Shown piece by piece: positions 54,334 to 63,008 of a stretch of DNA of 64,000 nucleotides. The translations under genes and the position numbers were made by a program. The first letter of the stretch is position 1; every line of letters starts with the position of its first letter. Location of the stretch: positions 104,684-168,683 of the forward strand of contig JBCCFL010000002.1 of assembly GCA_039029735.1 (NCBI GenBank). Reading direction: 5' to 3'. Under the pieces are notes generated by a model. It saw only the letters and a list, made by a program, of their open reading frames with translations. It was not told the origin of the DNA and did not search any database. The DNA comes from Actinomycetota bacterium. GTDB lineage: Bacteria > Actinomycetota > Acidimicrobiia > Acidimicrobiales > SZUA-35.

Positions 54334-56603
54334 CGGCGGTTGGCCTCCTTGTTGGCCTCGTTCTGTTCCTCGGTGAGGCGGTCGCGGCCTGCGAGGTGGA
54401 TCAGTTCCTCGTGGTACTCGAACCACACCGTGTGGTAGCTGTCCTTCAGCGGCGAGGCGAGCATGGTCACGTCGCCACTCACAACGGCGCCCAAGGCGTG
54501 CTCGAAGCGCTGGCGGTAGGGGCCGAGCCGGTCGGTGATCTGGGCCGACGCCTCGACCAGCGGGGACAGATCCCGGTGGAGGGCCTGCAGGCCCGCCGTC
54601 ATCACCGCAATGGCTGCATCGTCCTGGGCGGACGCCTGCCAGTCGGTGACGAGGTGTTTGAACGTGGAGTTGAGCGGGAGGAACTGTTGGTACACGGCAT
54701 CGACCGCCGCGGTGTCGGTGCTCGCCAGCTCGGCGGCCAGCTGCTCGGTGAGCCACTGGCGACCGTCGGGCGTGATCGCCCACCCTCGGCCCTTGTCGGC
54801 CACCCGCTCGCCGAGATCGGCGAGCGCGCCCTCGATCACATCGGTCGACGTGCCGAGCACGGCCGCGGCGACGTCGAGGGCGCACAACCCCTTCAACTGC
54901 ACGGCCCGGAGTACGGCGAGCGGTGTGATGGCGCCGCCACCGGCTCCGTTGGCCGTCTGCTCATCAGGGGCCACCAGGGCCTGGCCCGGCTCGATGCCGA
55001 GTTCGGCCGCCCATCGGCGGATCACATCCACCTCGGGTACCGAGCCCGAACCGCCCGCCCGGACGTTGCCCCGATAGAGCGAGCCCGTCGACCCGTCAAC
55101 GGTCACGATCTCACCTTCGGCCAGCGTGAGATCACCGATCGTCACGTGGTCGTCGAACACCTGCATGGCGGAGAGGCCGGTGGCGGCTGGGATGCCCCAG
55201 CTCCTGGCGACCACAGCTGCGTGGCTCACGGCGCCGCCGAGGCTGGTGACCAGCGCGGACGAGACCACCATGCCCTGCACGTCGGCCGGGGAGGTCTCGG
55301 TGCGGATCAGCACCACGGAGTCGCCGGCCGCCACTCGCTCAGCGGCCCGATCGGGGTCGCAGCACACCACGCCGACGCCGACGCCGGGAGAGGCAGCGAT
55401 GCCGCTGGCGAGCGCCACCTCTGATGTTTCGACCGTTGCGACCGAGGCCGCTGCTTCGAGGGTGGCCGGCTCGATCCGGGCCACCGCTTCAGCTCGGGTC
55501 AAGGGGAAGGCGGGATCCTCGGCCATCGCGATCGCCAGTCGAACGGCGGCTTGAGGGCTCCGCCGGCCCACTCTGGTCTGGAGGATGTGCAGCGTGCCCG
55601 CCGACAACGTGAACTCGATGTCGCACATGTCGCGGTAGTGGTGTTCCAGCCGGCCGGCGATGGCGAGCAGTTCGGCGTGTACCTCGGGCTCGTGGCGGGC
55701 CAGGGCATCGAGCCCCTCCACCTCATGGGTACCGGCCACCACGTCCTCACCCTGGGCCCGCACGAGGTAGTCGCCGTGGGGCTCGCTCTCGCCGGTGGCG
55801 GGATCGCGGGTGAACAGCACCCCGGTGCCGGATCGGTCGTCCAGATTGCCGAACACCATTGCCTGGACCGTGACGGCGGTGCCGAGCGTGTCGTCGATGC
55901 CCTCCGCTGCCCGGAACGCCCGGGCCCGGGGCGAGTGCCACGAACCGAACACGGCCTCCACGGCGCCGAGCACCTGGGCCTCTGGATTGTCCGGGATTCC
56001 CCCAGCCGGAGCCGCCCGCTCCTGGAGACGGGCCACCGCGGCCCGGGCCGTTGCTGCGTCGGGCCGGCCGGTGCCGTCGACGGCTCCTGCGGCCGCCACT
56101 TCGTCGACCACGGCCTCCACCTCGGCTCGCTCGATCCCGAGCACGATCTCGGCGTACATCCGGCAGAACCGGAGCCAGGTGCGGGCGGCAAAGCCGGCAT
56201 CGCCACTCTCGGCGGCCAGGGCATCGACGACCGCGGCGTTGATGCCAACGTTGAGCACCGTGTCCATCATCCCCGGCATCGACACGGGCGCTCCGCTGCG
56301 GACCGATACCAGGAGCGGTCGGTCGGCCGACCCGAACGCTCGGCCGGCCCGGGGGGCGAAGCCTGCGAGGGCGCTGCGGATCTGCTGGTCGAGGCCCTCG
56401 GGCCGGGCGCCGGCCAACACCGAGCGACAGGCGTCGGTGGTGATCACGAATGCTGGCGGCACCGGGAGATCGAGGCGCACCATCTCGGCCAGATTGGCCC
56501 CCTTGCCCCCGAGCGTCTGGACGGTGGCCTCCCACTCCAGGTCGAGCTGTTCGTCGATCCACACCACGTTCGACTGCTCGGTTCGATCTTGGGGTTCAGC
56601 CAC
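54330..56603 (-). CDS. PPDK/PEP-synthase-like protein: N-terminal ATP-grasp (PPDK_N) plus phosphohistidine swivel domain plus an unassigned C-terminal domain of ~270 aa
   Basis: I prefer the GTG at 56603, which has AAGGA upstream. It has TLGGKGANLAEMVRLDLPVPPAFVITTDAC and the swivel-domain His in LGGAVSHAAVVARSWGIPA. The usual PEP/pyruvate-binding TIM barrel is absent. Confidence 0.8.
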   Translation of the reverse strand: MAEPQDRTEQSNVVWIDEQLDLEWEATVQTLGGKGANLAEMVRLDLPVPPAFVITTDACRSVLAGARPEGLDQQIRSALAGFAPRAGRAFGSADRPLLVSVRSGAPVSMPGMMDTVLNVGINAAVVDALAAESGDAGFAARTWLRFCRMYAEIVLGIERAEVEAVVDEVAAAGAVDGTGRPDAATARAAVARLQERAAPAGGIPDNPEAQVLGAVEAVFGSWHSPRARAFRAAEGIDDTLGTAVTVQAMVFGNLDDRSGTGVLFTRDPATGESEPHGDYLVRAQGEDVVAGTHEVEGLDALARHEPEVHAELLAIAGRLEHHYRDMCDIEFTLSAGTLHILQTRVGRRSPQAAVRLAIAMAEDPAFPLTRAEAVARIEPATLEAAASVATVETSEVALASGIAASPGVGVGVVCCDPDRAAERVAAGDSVVLIRTETSPADVQGMVVSSALVTSLGGAVSHAAVVARSWGIPAATGLSAMQVFDDHVTIGDLTLAEGEIVTVDGSTGSLYRGNVRAGGSGSVPEVDVIRRWAAELGIEPGQALVAPDEQTANGAGGGAITPLAVLRAVQLKGLCALDVAAAVLGTSTDVIEGALADLGERVADKGRGWAITPDGRQWLTEQLAAELASTDTAAVDAVYQQFLPLNSTFKHLVTDWQASAQDDAAIAVMTAGLQALHRDLSPLVEASAQITDRLGPYRQRFEHALGAVVSGDVTMLASPLKDSYHTVWFEYHEELIHLAGRDRLTEEQNEANKEANRR

Positions 56604-56737
56604 GTGCCGGATCCTTCTTGGGTGCTCTTGCGGTCGGATCGACGGTAGTGCAGGTCGGTGGGGGAGTCCCAAGGCGTTCGGCTCCGTGCGGTCGCCGCAT
56701 CGTTAGACTGCGCCACGATTCGAAACGAGGTGTGTCG

Positions 56738-58039
56738 ATGAGTCGAGAGATCAACTCGGTGGCCGTGCTGGGTTGCGGCACGATGGGTTCGGGAATTGCG
56801 GCCGCGTCAGCGGCGGCGGGATGTCGAGTGTTGATGCTCGACGTGTCGGTCGAGGCGGTGGAGCGGGCGCTCGCCGCCGTCGACGAGGAGCACCGCCATC
56901 TGGTGGAGACCGGCACGTTCGAGGCCAACCTGGCCAGGATCGCCGATTACGACTGGATCTGTGAGGCGATCGTCGAGGATCTCGAGATCAAGCGGGAGCT
57001 GTTCACCGAGGTGGAGCCGCTCCGTCGCGACGGCTCGGTGATCAGCTCCAACACGTCGGGGATTCCGTTGCGCGACATCACCGAAGGCTTCGACGACCGG
57101 CTCCTCGGCGACGTTGCCATCACCCACTTCTTCAATCCCGTTCGGGTGATGAAGCTGTTCGAGCTGGTGCCCGGTGAGAAGACCTCGGCCGAGGTGATCG
57201 ACGCCTTCGCCACCTTCGGCGCATCGAAGCTCGGCAAGGGCGTGGTAAACGCCAAGGACACCGTGAACTTCATCGGCAACCGGATCGGCTGCTTCTTCAT
57301 GCTCTCCGGCCTGCATCTGGCCAAGCCGTACCTGGCCGACGGCATGACCCAGGAGACGGTGGACGCCGTTCTCGGCAAGCCGGTCGGTCTGCCGCCGACG
57401 GGGCTCTACGGACTGATCGATCTCATCGGGCTCGACGTCATGGATCTGGTTGGCAAGAACCTGGCCGTCAACCTGCCCGAGGGTGACGCCGGTTTGGCCT
57501 ACACCGCGTTCCCGTCGGCCGAGCAGGCGATGCTCGAACGGGGCCAGCTCGGCCGCAAGGCCCGGGCGCTCGGCGGCTTCGGCAAGGTGGAGAAGCTCGA
57601 CGACGGAGCCAAGCGCCGCCTCACCTTCGACCTGGTGGCCGAAGAGTGGCGCGACGCCGTCGAGCCTGACCTGTCCGGTGTACCCGGCGACCTCGGCGAG
57701 GTCTTGTTCGACGACACCCAGCACGGGCGGCTGGCGTGGGAGATCTTCGGCGGCACGCTGCGCTACGCCGCAGGCCTCGTGCCCGAGATCGCCGATGACA
57801 TCGTGAACATCGACCGGGCGATCCGTTGGGGCTTCAACTGGACCCAGGGCCCCTTCGAGTTGCTCGACACGCTCGGCCCGGATCGGGTGATCGCCAAGAT
57901 CGAGGCGGAGGGCGCCACGGTGCCTGCGATGCTCGCCGTGCTACGCGACAGCGGCGCCGCCACGTTCTATCGCAGCGGCGCCGATGGGGAGGAGTACCTC
58001 GGCCGCGACGGAACCTTCCAGCCCGTTCCGGCCGAGTAA
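56738..58039 (+). CDS. 3-hydroxyacyl-CoA dehydrogenase family protein
   Basis: The ATG at 56738 has GAGG upstream. It has the Rossmann motif VAVLGCGTMGSGIA and the 3HCDH pattern (EAIVEDLEIKRELF, SNTSG, HFFNPV). Confidence 0.85.
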   Translation: MSREINSVAVLGCGTMGSGIAAASAAAGCRVLMLDVSVEAVERALAAVDEEHRHLVETGTFEANLARIADYDWICEAIVEDLEIKRELFTEVEPLRRDGSVISSNTSGIPLRDITEGFDDRLLGDVAITHFFNPVRVMKLFELVPGEKTSAEVIDAFATFGASKLGKGVVNAKDTVNFIGNRIGCFFMLSGLHLAKPYLADGMTQETVDAVLGKPVGLPPTGLYGLIDLIGLDVMDLVGKNLAVNLPEGDAGLAYTAFPSAEQAMLERGQLGRKARALGGFGKVEKLDDGAKRRLTFDLVAEEWRDAVEPDLSGVPGDLGEVLFDDTQHGRLAWEIFGGTLRYAAGLVPEIADDIVNIDRAIRWGFNWTQGPFELLDTLGPDRVIAKIEAEGATVPAMLAVLRDSGAATFYRSGADGEEYLGRDGTFQPVPAE

Positions 58040-58046
58040 CGAGAGG

Positions 58047-58089
58047 GTTCCCGGAGCCGAGGGTGAGGGGGTTCTCGGCCTCCGGGAAC
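58047..58089. terminator. Strong GC-rich hairpin between convergent genes (candidate bidirectional terminator)
   Basis: GTTCCCGGAGCCGAG ... CTCGGCCTCCGGGAAC forms a stem of about 15 bp with one bulge and a 12-nt loop. It starts 8 nt after the dehydrogenase stop. Confidence 0.5.
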
Positions 58090-58227
58090 GGTGGACCAGG
58101 TCAGCGAGGCGGAGGGAGTGCCCCGCTGCCATTGCGGTCCGACTGTACGACGTAAGGTGAGCCGGGAAAGTCGCGGAATTTCCTGGGCAGTTCCGGTCAA
58201 CTCGGTGAAGACCGCTGCCCGCAGCGG

Positions 58228-59331
58228 TCAGTCGAGTTCGATGAGTTCCCGGATGCTGTGGTTGCAGCGGATGGCGTCGCCGTCTCGCCCGATCACCACG
58301 ATGTCTTCGAGACGCATGCCCCAGCGGCCCTCGTAGTACACGCCGGGTTCGATGCTGAAGGCATGACCGACCTCGATCGGAGCCGTGTTGGCCCCGGTGA
58401 CGTAGGGCTGCTCGTGCACCTCGGTGCCGATCCCGTGCCCCGTGCGGTGCACGAACGCCTCGCCGTGGCCAGCGTCGGACAGCACTGAACGGGCCGCGAT
58501 GTCAACGTCGCACAGCCGGTTGCCTGTCGTGGCGGCTTCGACCGCGCGCTGCTGGGCCTCCATGAGGGCGTCGTACGCAGCGCGCACGTCGTCGGGGATC
58601 GGGCCGGTGTGCACGCAGCGGGTGGTGTCGCTGTTGTAACCCGCGTGGGTGCCGCCGAAGTCGAACAGCACCATCTCGTTGCGCTCCACCACCCGGTCTC
58701 CGGGATGGTGGTGCGGGCTGGCCGAGTTCGGGCCCGAAGCCACGATCACGAACTGCACCGACTCGTGGCCGACGGCGAGGAGCTGCTCGGAGATCGAGGT
58801 TGCGATCTCGGCCTCGGTCCGGCCGACGAGGGGGATGGTTCCGTCCTGTACCTGTGCCATCACCTTGTCGGCCAGGGCGCCGACGGCCTGCAGGGCCTCC
58901 ATCTCGGCCGGTGCCTTCACCGCCCGGATGCCGACGATGCTCTCGGCCACGGTGCGGACCTCCAGCTCGGGGCGTTGGCGGGTGAGGCTGAGCACGTGGG
59001 TGGCCCACAGGTCGTCGGAGATCACCACCGACGAGCAGCCGCCGAGCACCTCGAGCGCCCGGGTGACCGGGTTCTCCAGTTCCGACCAGGTGATCGTGGT
59101 GAAGGCGTCGTTCGGCGTGACCCGAGCACGTTCCAGCTCCGGCACGAGCAGGGTTGGCCGCTCGTCGTCGGTCCGGCCCACCAGAGCCGTCAGCCGTTCA
59201 AGCGGCATGGCGTGGTAGCCGGTGAGGTACTCCAGGTCGGCACCGCCGCCCAGGAGCAGCGCGTCAGCCCCCGCGGCGCTGAGGCGGTCGGTCAGGCGAC
59301 GCCAGCGGTCGGCGAAATCGGGTCTGTTCAT
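58228..59331 (-). CDS. M24 family metallopeptidase (Xaa-Pro peptidase-like)
   Basis: I chose the ATG at 59331, an ATGA overlap with the permease stop. The metal ligand pattern is intact (FDFGG, YNSDTTR, HGIGTEVHE, SIEPG, RLEDIV). Confidence 0.85.
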   Translation of the reverse strand: MNRPDFADRWRRLTDRLSAAGADALLLGGGADLEYLTGYHAMPLERLTALVGRTDDERPTLLVPELERARVTPNDAFTTITWSELENPVTRALEVLGGCSSVVISDDLWATHVLSLTRQRPELEVRTVAESIVGIRAVKAPAEMEALQAVGALADKVMAQVQDGTIPLVGRTEAEIATSISEQLLAVGHESVQFVIVASGPNSASPHHHPGDRVVERNEMVLFDFGGTHAGYNSDTTRCVHTGPIPDDVRAAYDALMEAQQRAVEAATTGNRLCDVDIAARSVLSDAGHGEAFVHRTGHGIGTEVHEQPYVTGANTAPIEVGHAFSIEPGVYYEGRWGMRLEDIVVIGRDGDAIRCNHSIRELIELD

Positions 59332-60290
59332 CGGCTTCTCCTCACGATCTGATCGAGTGACACGGCGGCCAGGATCAACAGGCCCTGGGCCAGGGTCTCG
59401 TACTGCGAGTCGATCCCCAACAGGATGAAGGCGTTCCCGATGCACAGGATGAACATCACGCCCACCACTGCGCGCCACACGGCACCTTCACCGCCGAAGA
59501 TCGACGTGCCTCCAACGATGGCAGCCGTGATCGCCCGAAGCTCAATCCCGATCCCGAGTTCGGTCGAGGCGCTGCCGATCTTGCTCGCCGTGACCACGCC
59601 GGCAAGACCGGCGCAGAACCCCGAGATCACGTAGGCGATGGTCTGCACCCGGGTCACCCGAATGCCGACGAGGCGGGCCGCCTCCACGTTGCCGCCAACG
59701 GCGTAGAACGAACGCCCGAGCGTGGTGCGGGCCATCATGAGGCCCAACAGCACGGCCACGAGGAAGAACAGCCAGACCGCCCACTTGAGGCCGAGGAACT
59801 TCTCGACGCCGAGTGTGCGGAAGCTCTCGCTCGACACCTGCACGAGCGCGCCGGAGGTGACCATGAAGGCAACGCCGCGGAACACGAACGCAGTGGACAA
59901 GGTGCCGATGAACGAGTTCACCCCGGTGGTGGCCATGATCCCGGCGTTCACCAGGCCCAGCACGCACCCCGTGACGACGCCCAGAACCATGCCAAGCGTG
60001 GGGTTCGCCTGGGCCACCTCGGCGGCGACGATCGACGACACCGCCAGCATGGATCCGGTGGACAGGTCGAAGATGCCGGTGATGATGCAAACGGTCACGC
60101 CACAGGCGATCAGGGCGAGGGGCACCGCCTGATCGAGGAGATTGGACCAGTTGCGGGCCGTGAGGAACCGCTCGTTTCCGATGCCGACACCGATGATCAG
60201 CACGAGAAAGGCCACGAGGATGCCGTAGCGAGCAAGGAGCGAGCGCAGGTCGAGCGACAACCCGCTCACAGAGTTCGAGATCGCCGTCAT
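59328..60290 (-). CDS. Sugar-type ABC transporter permease (ribose/xylose family, BPD_transp_2)
   Basis: I chose the ATG at 60290, an ATGA overlap with the ATPase stop. It has about 9-10 TM segments and the motif GGTSIFGGEG. Confidence 0.85.
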   Translation of the reverse strand: MTAISNSVSGLSLDLRSLLARYGILVAFLVLIIGVGIGNERFLTARNWSNLLDQAVPLALIACGVTVCIITGIFDLSTGSMLAVSSIVAAEVAQANPTLGMVLGVVTGCVLGLVNAGIMATTGVNSFIGTLSTAFVFRGVAFMVTSGALVQVSSESFRTLGVEKFLGLKWAVWLFFLVAVLLGLMMARTTLGRSFYAVGGNVEAARLVGIRVTRVQTIAYVISGFCAGLAGVVTASKIGSASTELGIGIELRAITAAIVGGTSIFGGEGAVWRAVVGVMFILCIGNAFILLGIDSQYETLAQGLLILAAVSLDQIVRRSR

Positions 60291-61858
60291 TGGGTTGGTG
60301 TCGTTTCTCCGTTGTCGGTTCCGAACGCTGCCGCCAGCAGCGAGGGTTTGTTGGTCTCGTCCGTCTCGAACTCGCGCACCACGGCGCCGTTGCGCACCAC
60401 GTAGATGCGGTGGGCCACGGCGAGGGCCTCCTCGAACTCGGAGGTGACCATGAGCACGCTCATGCCGTCGGCCGCCAGTTGGCGCAGTACGGCGTGGATC
60501 TGCTGGATCGACACCACGTCGACGCCCCGCGTCGGCTCGTCGACCAGGAACAGCTGTGGTGGCGTGAGCAGCCACCGGGCCAGCAGCGACTTCTGCTGAT
60601 TGCCACCGGACAGCGACACGATCGGGTTGTCGAGTGAGGCGGCCTGCACCTTCACCTGGTCGGCCACCTCGCTGGCGCGTCGCCGCAGGCGTCCGGGGCG
60701 CACCACCCCGCTGGTGCTGGTGGCGGCTGGTTGGGCCGTTGCGATGTTGACGGCCGTGCTCAGCACCGGGAAGATCCCGTCGTGCTTGCGTGACTCGGTC
60801 ACCATGGCCACGCCGGCGGCCACCGCGTCGGCGGGTCGACGGAACGAGACGGGTGCGCCGTTCAGCTCGACCGAACCTCCGCTCGTCTTGTCGGCCCCGA
60901 AGATCCCACGCAGCACCTCGGTGCGACCCGAACCGACGAGCCCGACGAGGGCAACGATCTCACCGGGGTGGACGTCGAGCGACACGTCGTCGTAGCGGGG
61001 GCCGCTCAGGCCCTGGACCCGGAGCCTCGGGGTTCCGGAGCGGTCGACGTCGTGCTGCACGGGGCCAACGTCGGTCTCGACGTCGCCCACCATGTGATGC
61101 ACGATCTCGTGGGTGGTGAGCGAGTCGGTGGGGGAGGCGTTCAGCACCACGTTGCCGTCGCGCATCACCGTTACCACGTCGCACACGTCGAGCACCTCGT
61201 CGAGGAAGTGGGACACGAGCACCACGGCCGTGCCCCGCTCGGCGAGGAGGCGCACGATCTCGTAGAGCCTGGTGGAGTCGTCGATCGACATCGACGACGT
61301 TGGCTCGTCGAGCACGATGAGGCGGGCGTCGTGGGCGAGCGCCCGCAGGATCTCCACCTTCTGCTGCTGCGACGGTGACAGCGCGGACACCACGGCGTCG
61401 GGGTCGAGGTCGAACCCGTATGACTCGATCAGTTCGAGGGCCTGGCGTCGTAGCTCGCGGCCGTTGATGAGGCCACCCCGGTTCGGTTGACGCCCGAGCA
61501 GGATGTTGTCGGCCACGCTCAGGGCGGGCACCAACGACAGCTCCTGGGCCACGAGTGTCACCTTGCGGTCGCGGGCCTGACGGGGGGAGGTGAACACCAC
61601 CTCGTCGCCGTCGATGGCCACGTGGCCACCGTCGGCCCGGTACACGCCGCACACCATCTTCACCAGTGACGACTTCCCGGCGCCGTTCTGGCCGACCAAG
61701 CCATGGATCTCGCCGGCCCGGAACGTGACGTTCACCCCGTCGACCACGGTCACGCCGGAAAAGACCTTCGTGAGGCCGACGGCGGAGAGAACGGCCGGCG
61801 ACGCCGCAGCGCCGCCGGCCGGATCTCCCGAGGAGGATGTCTCGACTAGTTCGTCCAC
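60287..61858 (-). CDS. Sugar ABC transporter ATP-binding protein (duplicated NBD, RbsA/MglA-like)
   Basis: 523 aa. The first NBD has Walker A GQNGAGKSS, LSPSQQQKVEI and LIVLDEPTS. The second NBD has a degenerate Walker A plus LSGGNQQK and LFLVDEPTRGVD. Confidence 0.9.
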   Translation of the reverse strand: MDELVETSSSGDPAGGAAASPAVLSAVGLTKVFSGVTVVDGVNVTFRAGEIHGLVGQNGAGKSSLVKMVCGVYRADGGHVAIDGDEVVFTSPRQARDRKVTLVAQELSLVPALSVADNILLGRQPNRGGLINGRELRRQALELIESYGFDLDPDAVVSALSPSQQQKVEILRALAHDARLIVLDEPTSSMSIDDSTRLYEIVRLLAERGTAVVLVSHFLDEVLDVCDVVTVMRDGNVVLNASPTDSLTTHEIVHHMVGDVETDVGPVQHDVDRSGTPRLRVQGLSGPRYDDVSLDVHPGEIVALVGLVGSGRTEVLRGIFGADKTSGGSVELNGAPVSFRRPADAVAAGVAMVTESRKHDGIFPVLSTAVNIATAQPAATSTSGVVRPGRLRRRASEVADQVKVQAASLDNPIVSLSGGNQQKSLLARWLLTPPQLFLVDEPTRGVDVVSIQQIHAVLRQLAADGMSVLMVTSEFEEALAVAHRIYVVRNGAVVREFETDETNKPSLLAAAFGTDNGETTPTQ

Positions 61859-62964
61859 TGACCTTCGAAGTCACCGAGGGTGTCGGCGGTGCCCTTGAGC
61901 ACCGGAGCGAAGTCGTCCAGGTTGGTGGATGCGGGAGGGTTCTCGCCATTCAGCTGGGCCACGCCGAGATCGATGCCGAGACGGCCGGCGTCCTGCACGA
62001 CGTCGACCCACACGCCGTACCAGCGGCCCTCGTTCACTGCCTCGACGGCCTGGGTGGGCGAGCCGTTGCCGATGAACTGCACGCCTTCGATGCCGTTGGA
62101 GATCGCCGACTGCTCGGCGCCGAGGATGGCCTGCGACGAGCCGACCATCACGTCGATCTGGTCGTTGGCGAGGAACACACCGTCGGCCGCAGCCTGGCCG
62201 GTGGCCTGGTCGTAGCCGCCGACGGCGTTGTCCACCAGCACCACGTTCGGGGCGGTAGCAACGGCCTCCTCGAACGCCGCGGTCCTGGCGTCGTCGAGTG
62301 GGAAGTTGGCGAAGCCGATCAGGTAGGACACGTAGCAGGGATCGGTGTCGCCGCAGGCGTCGATAGCCATCTCACCGAGGCCAGTGCCGTTGGCGGCGAT
62401 CGGGGTGCCGGCGAACAACATGCCGTCGATCTGGGGATCGAGGGTCAGGAAGTCCGGGCCAACGGCTGAGTACACGGCCGTGACGGCGATGCCCTCGGCG
62501 ATTGCCTCCTCGACGGCCGGGGTGATTGCGGCGCCGTTGTTGGCGGTGATGATGTAGATGTCGTACTCGCCCGACGTGGTGGCGTTCTGGATCTGCTGGG
62601 CCTGGATCTCACCGTCGAACTGGCCGTCGAACAGCTCGACCTCGACGCCGGCCGCCTCACCGGCGTCCTGGACGCCGGTCCAGATGCCCTGGGTGAAGCC
62701 GTTCACGTTGGCGTAGCCGAAGAAGGCGGCGCGCAGCCCCTCACCGGAGGCGGCGTCGTCTTCCATGGCCTCGTCGTCTTCCATGGCCTCGTCATCGGTC
62801 TCGGCCTCGGCGTCGTCATCAGAGTCGGAGTCGTCGGTCTCGGCTTCCGCCGTTGTGTCCTCCGCCTCGTCGTCGGTCGCCTCGTCGTCGTCCGAACCGC
62901 AGGCCGCGGCGAGCATCGCCAACGCCAGCAGGGCAGCAAGAAGCTGCAGGAGTCTCTTGGACAT
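61846..62964 (-). CDS. Sugar ABC substrate-binding lipoprotein (PBP1/RbsB-like) with a long acidic linker
   Basis: The signal peptide has a lipobox (LAMLAAAC-GSD). A ~55-aa D/E-rich linker precedes a periplasmic-binding-protein fold. Confidence 0.8.
   Translation of the reverse strand: MSKRLLQLLAALLALAMLAAACGSDDDEATDDEAEDTTAEAETDDSDSDDDAEAETDDEAMEDDEAMEDDAASGEGLRAAFFGYANVNGFTQGIWTGVQDAGEAAGVEVELFDGQFDGEIQAQQIQNATTSGEYDIYIITANNGAAITPAVEEAIAEGIAVTAVYSAVGPDFLTLDPQIDGMLFAGTPIAANGTGLGEMAIDACGDTDPCYVSYLIGFANFPLDDARTAAFEEAVATAPNVVLVDNAVGGYDQATGQAAADGVFLANDQIDVMVGSSQAILGAEQSAISNGIEGVQFIGNGSPTQAVEAVNEGRWYGVWVDVVQDAGRLGIDLGVAQLNGENPPASTNLDDFAPVLKGTADTLGDFEGQWTN
62755..62790. repeat. Perfect 18-bp tandem duplication inside the acidic-linker coding region
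   Basis: GTCGTCTTCCATGGCCTC occurs twice on the forward strand. It encodes the duplicated EAMEDD in the substrate-binding protein. Confidence 0.8.
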
Positions 62965-63008
62965 GATTCCTCTTCCCTTTCCTCTCCGCCCAACGTTGGG
63001 CGGCGCGA

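Noticed and set aside
58210-58229. Hairpin GACCGCTG-CCCG-CAGCGGTC overlapping the M24 peptidase stop codon, as a terminator.
   Set aside because: The stem is only 8 bp, it overlaps the stop codon, and a poor U-tract follows. The larger hairpin at 58047-58089 is the better terminator candidate.
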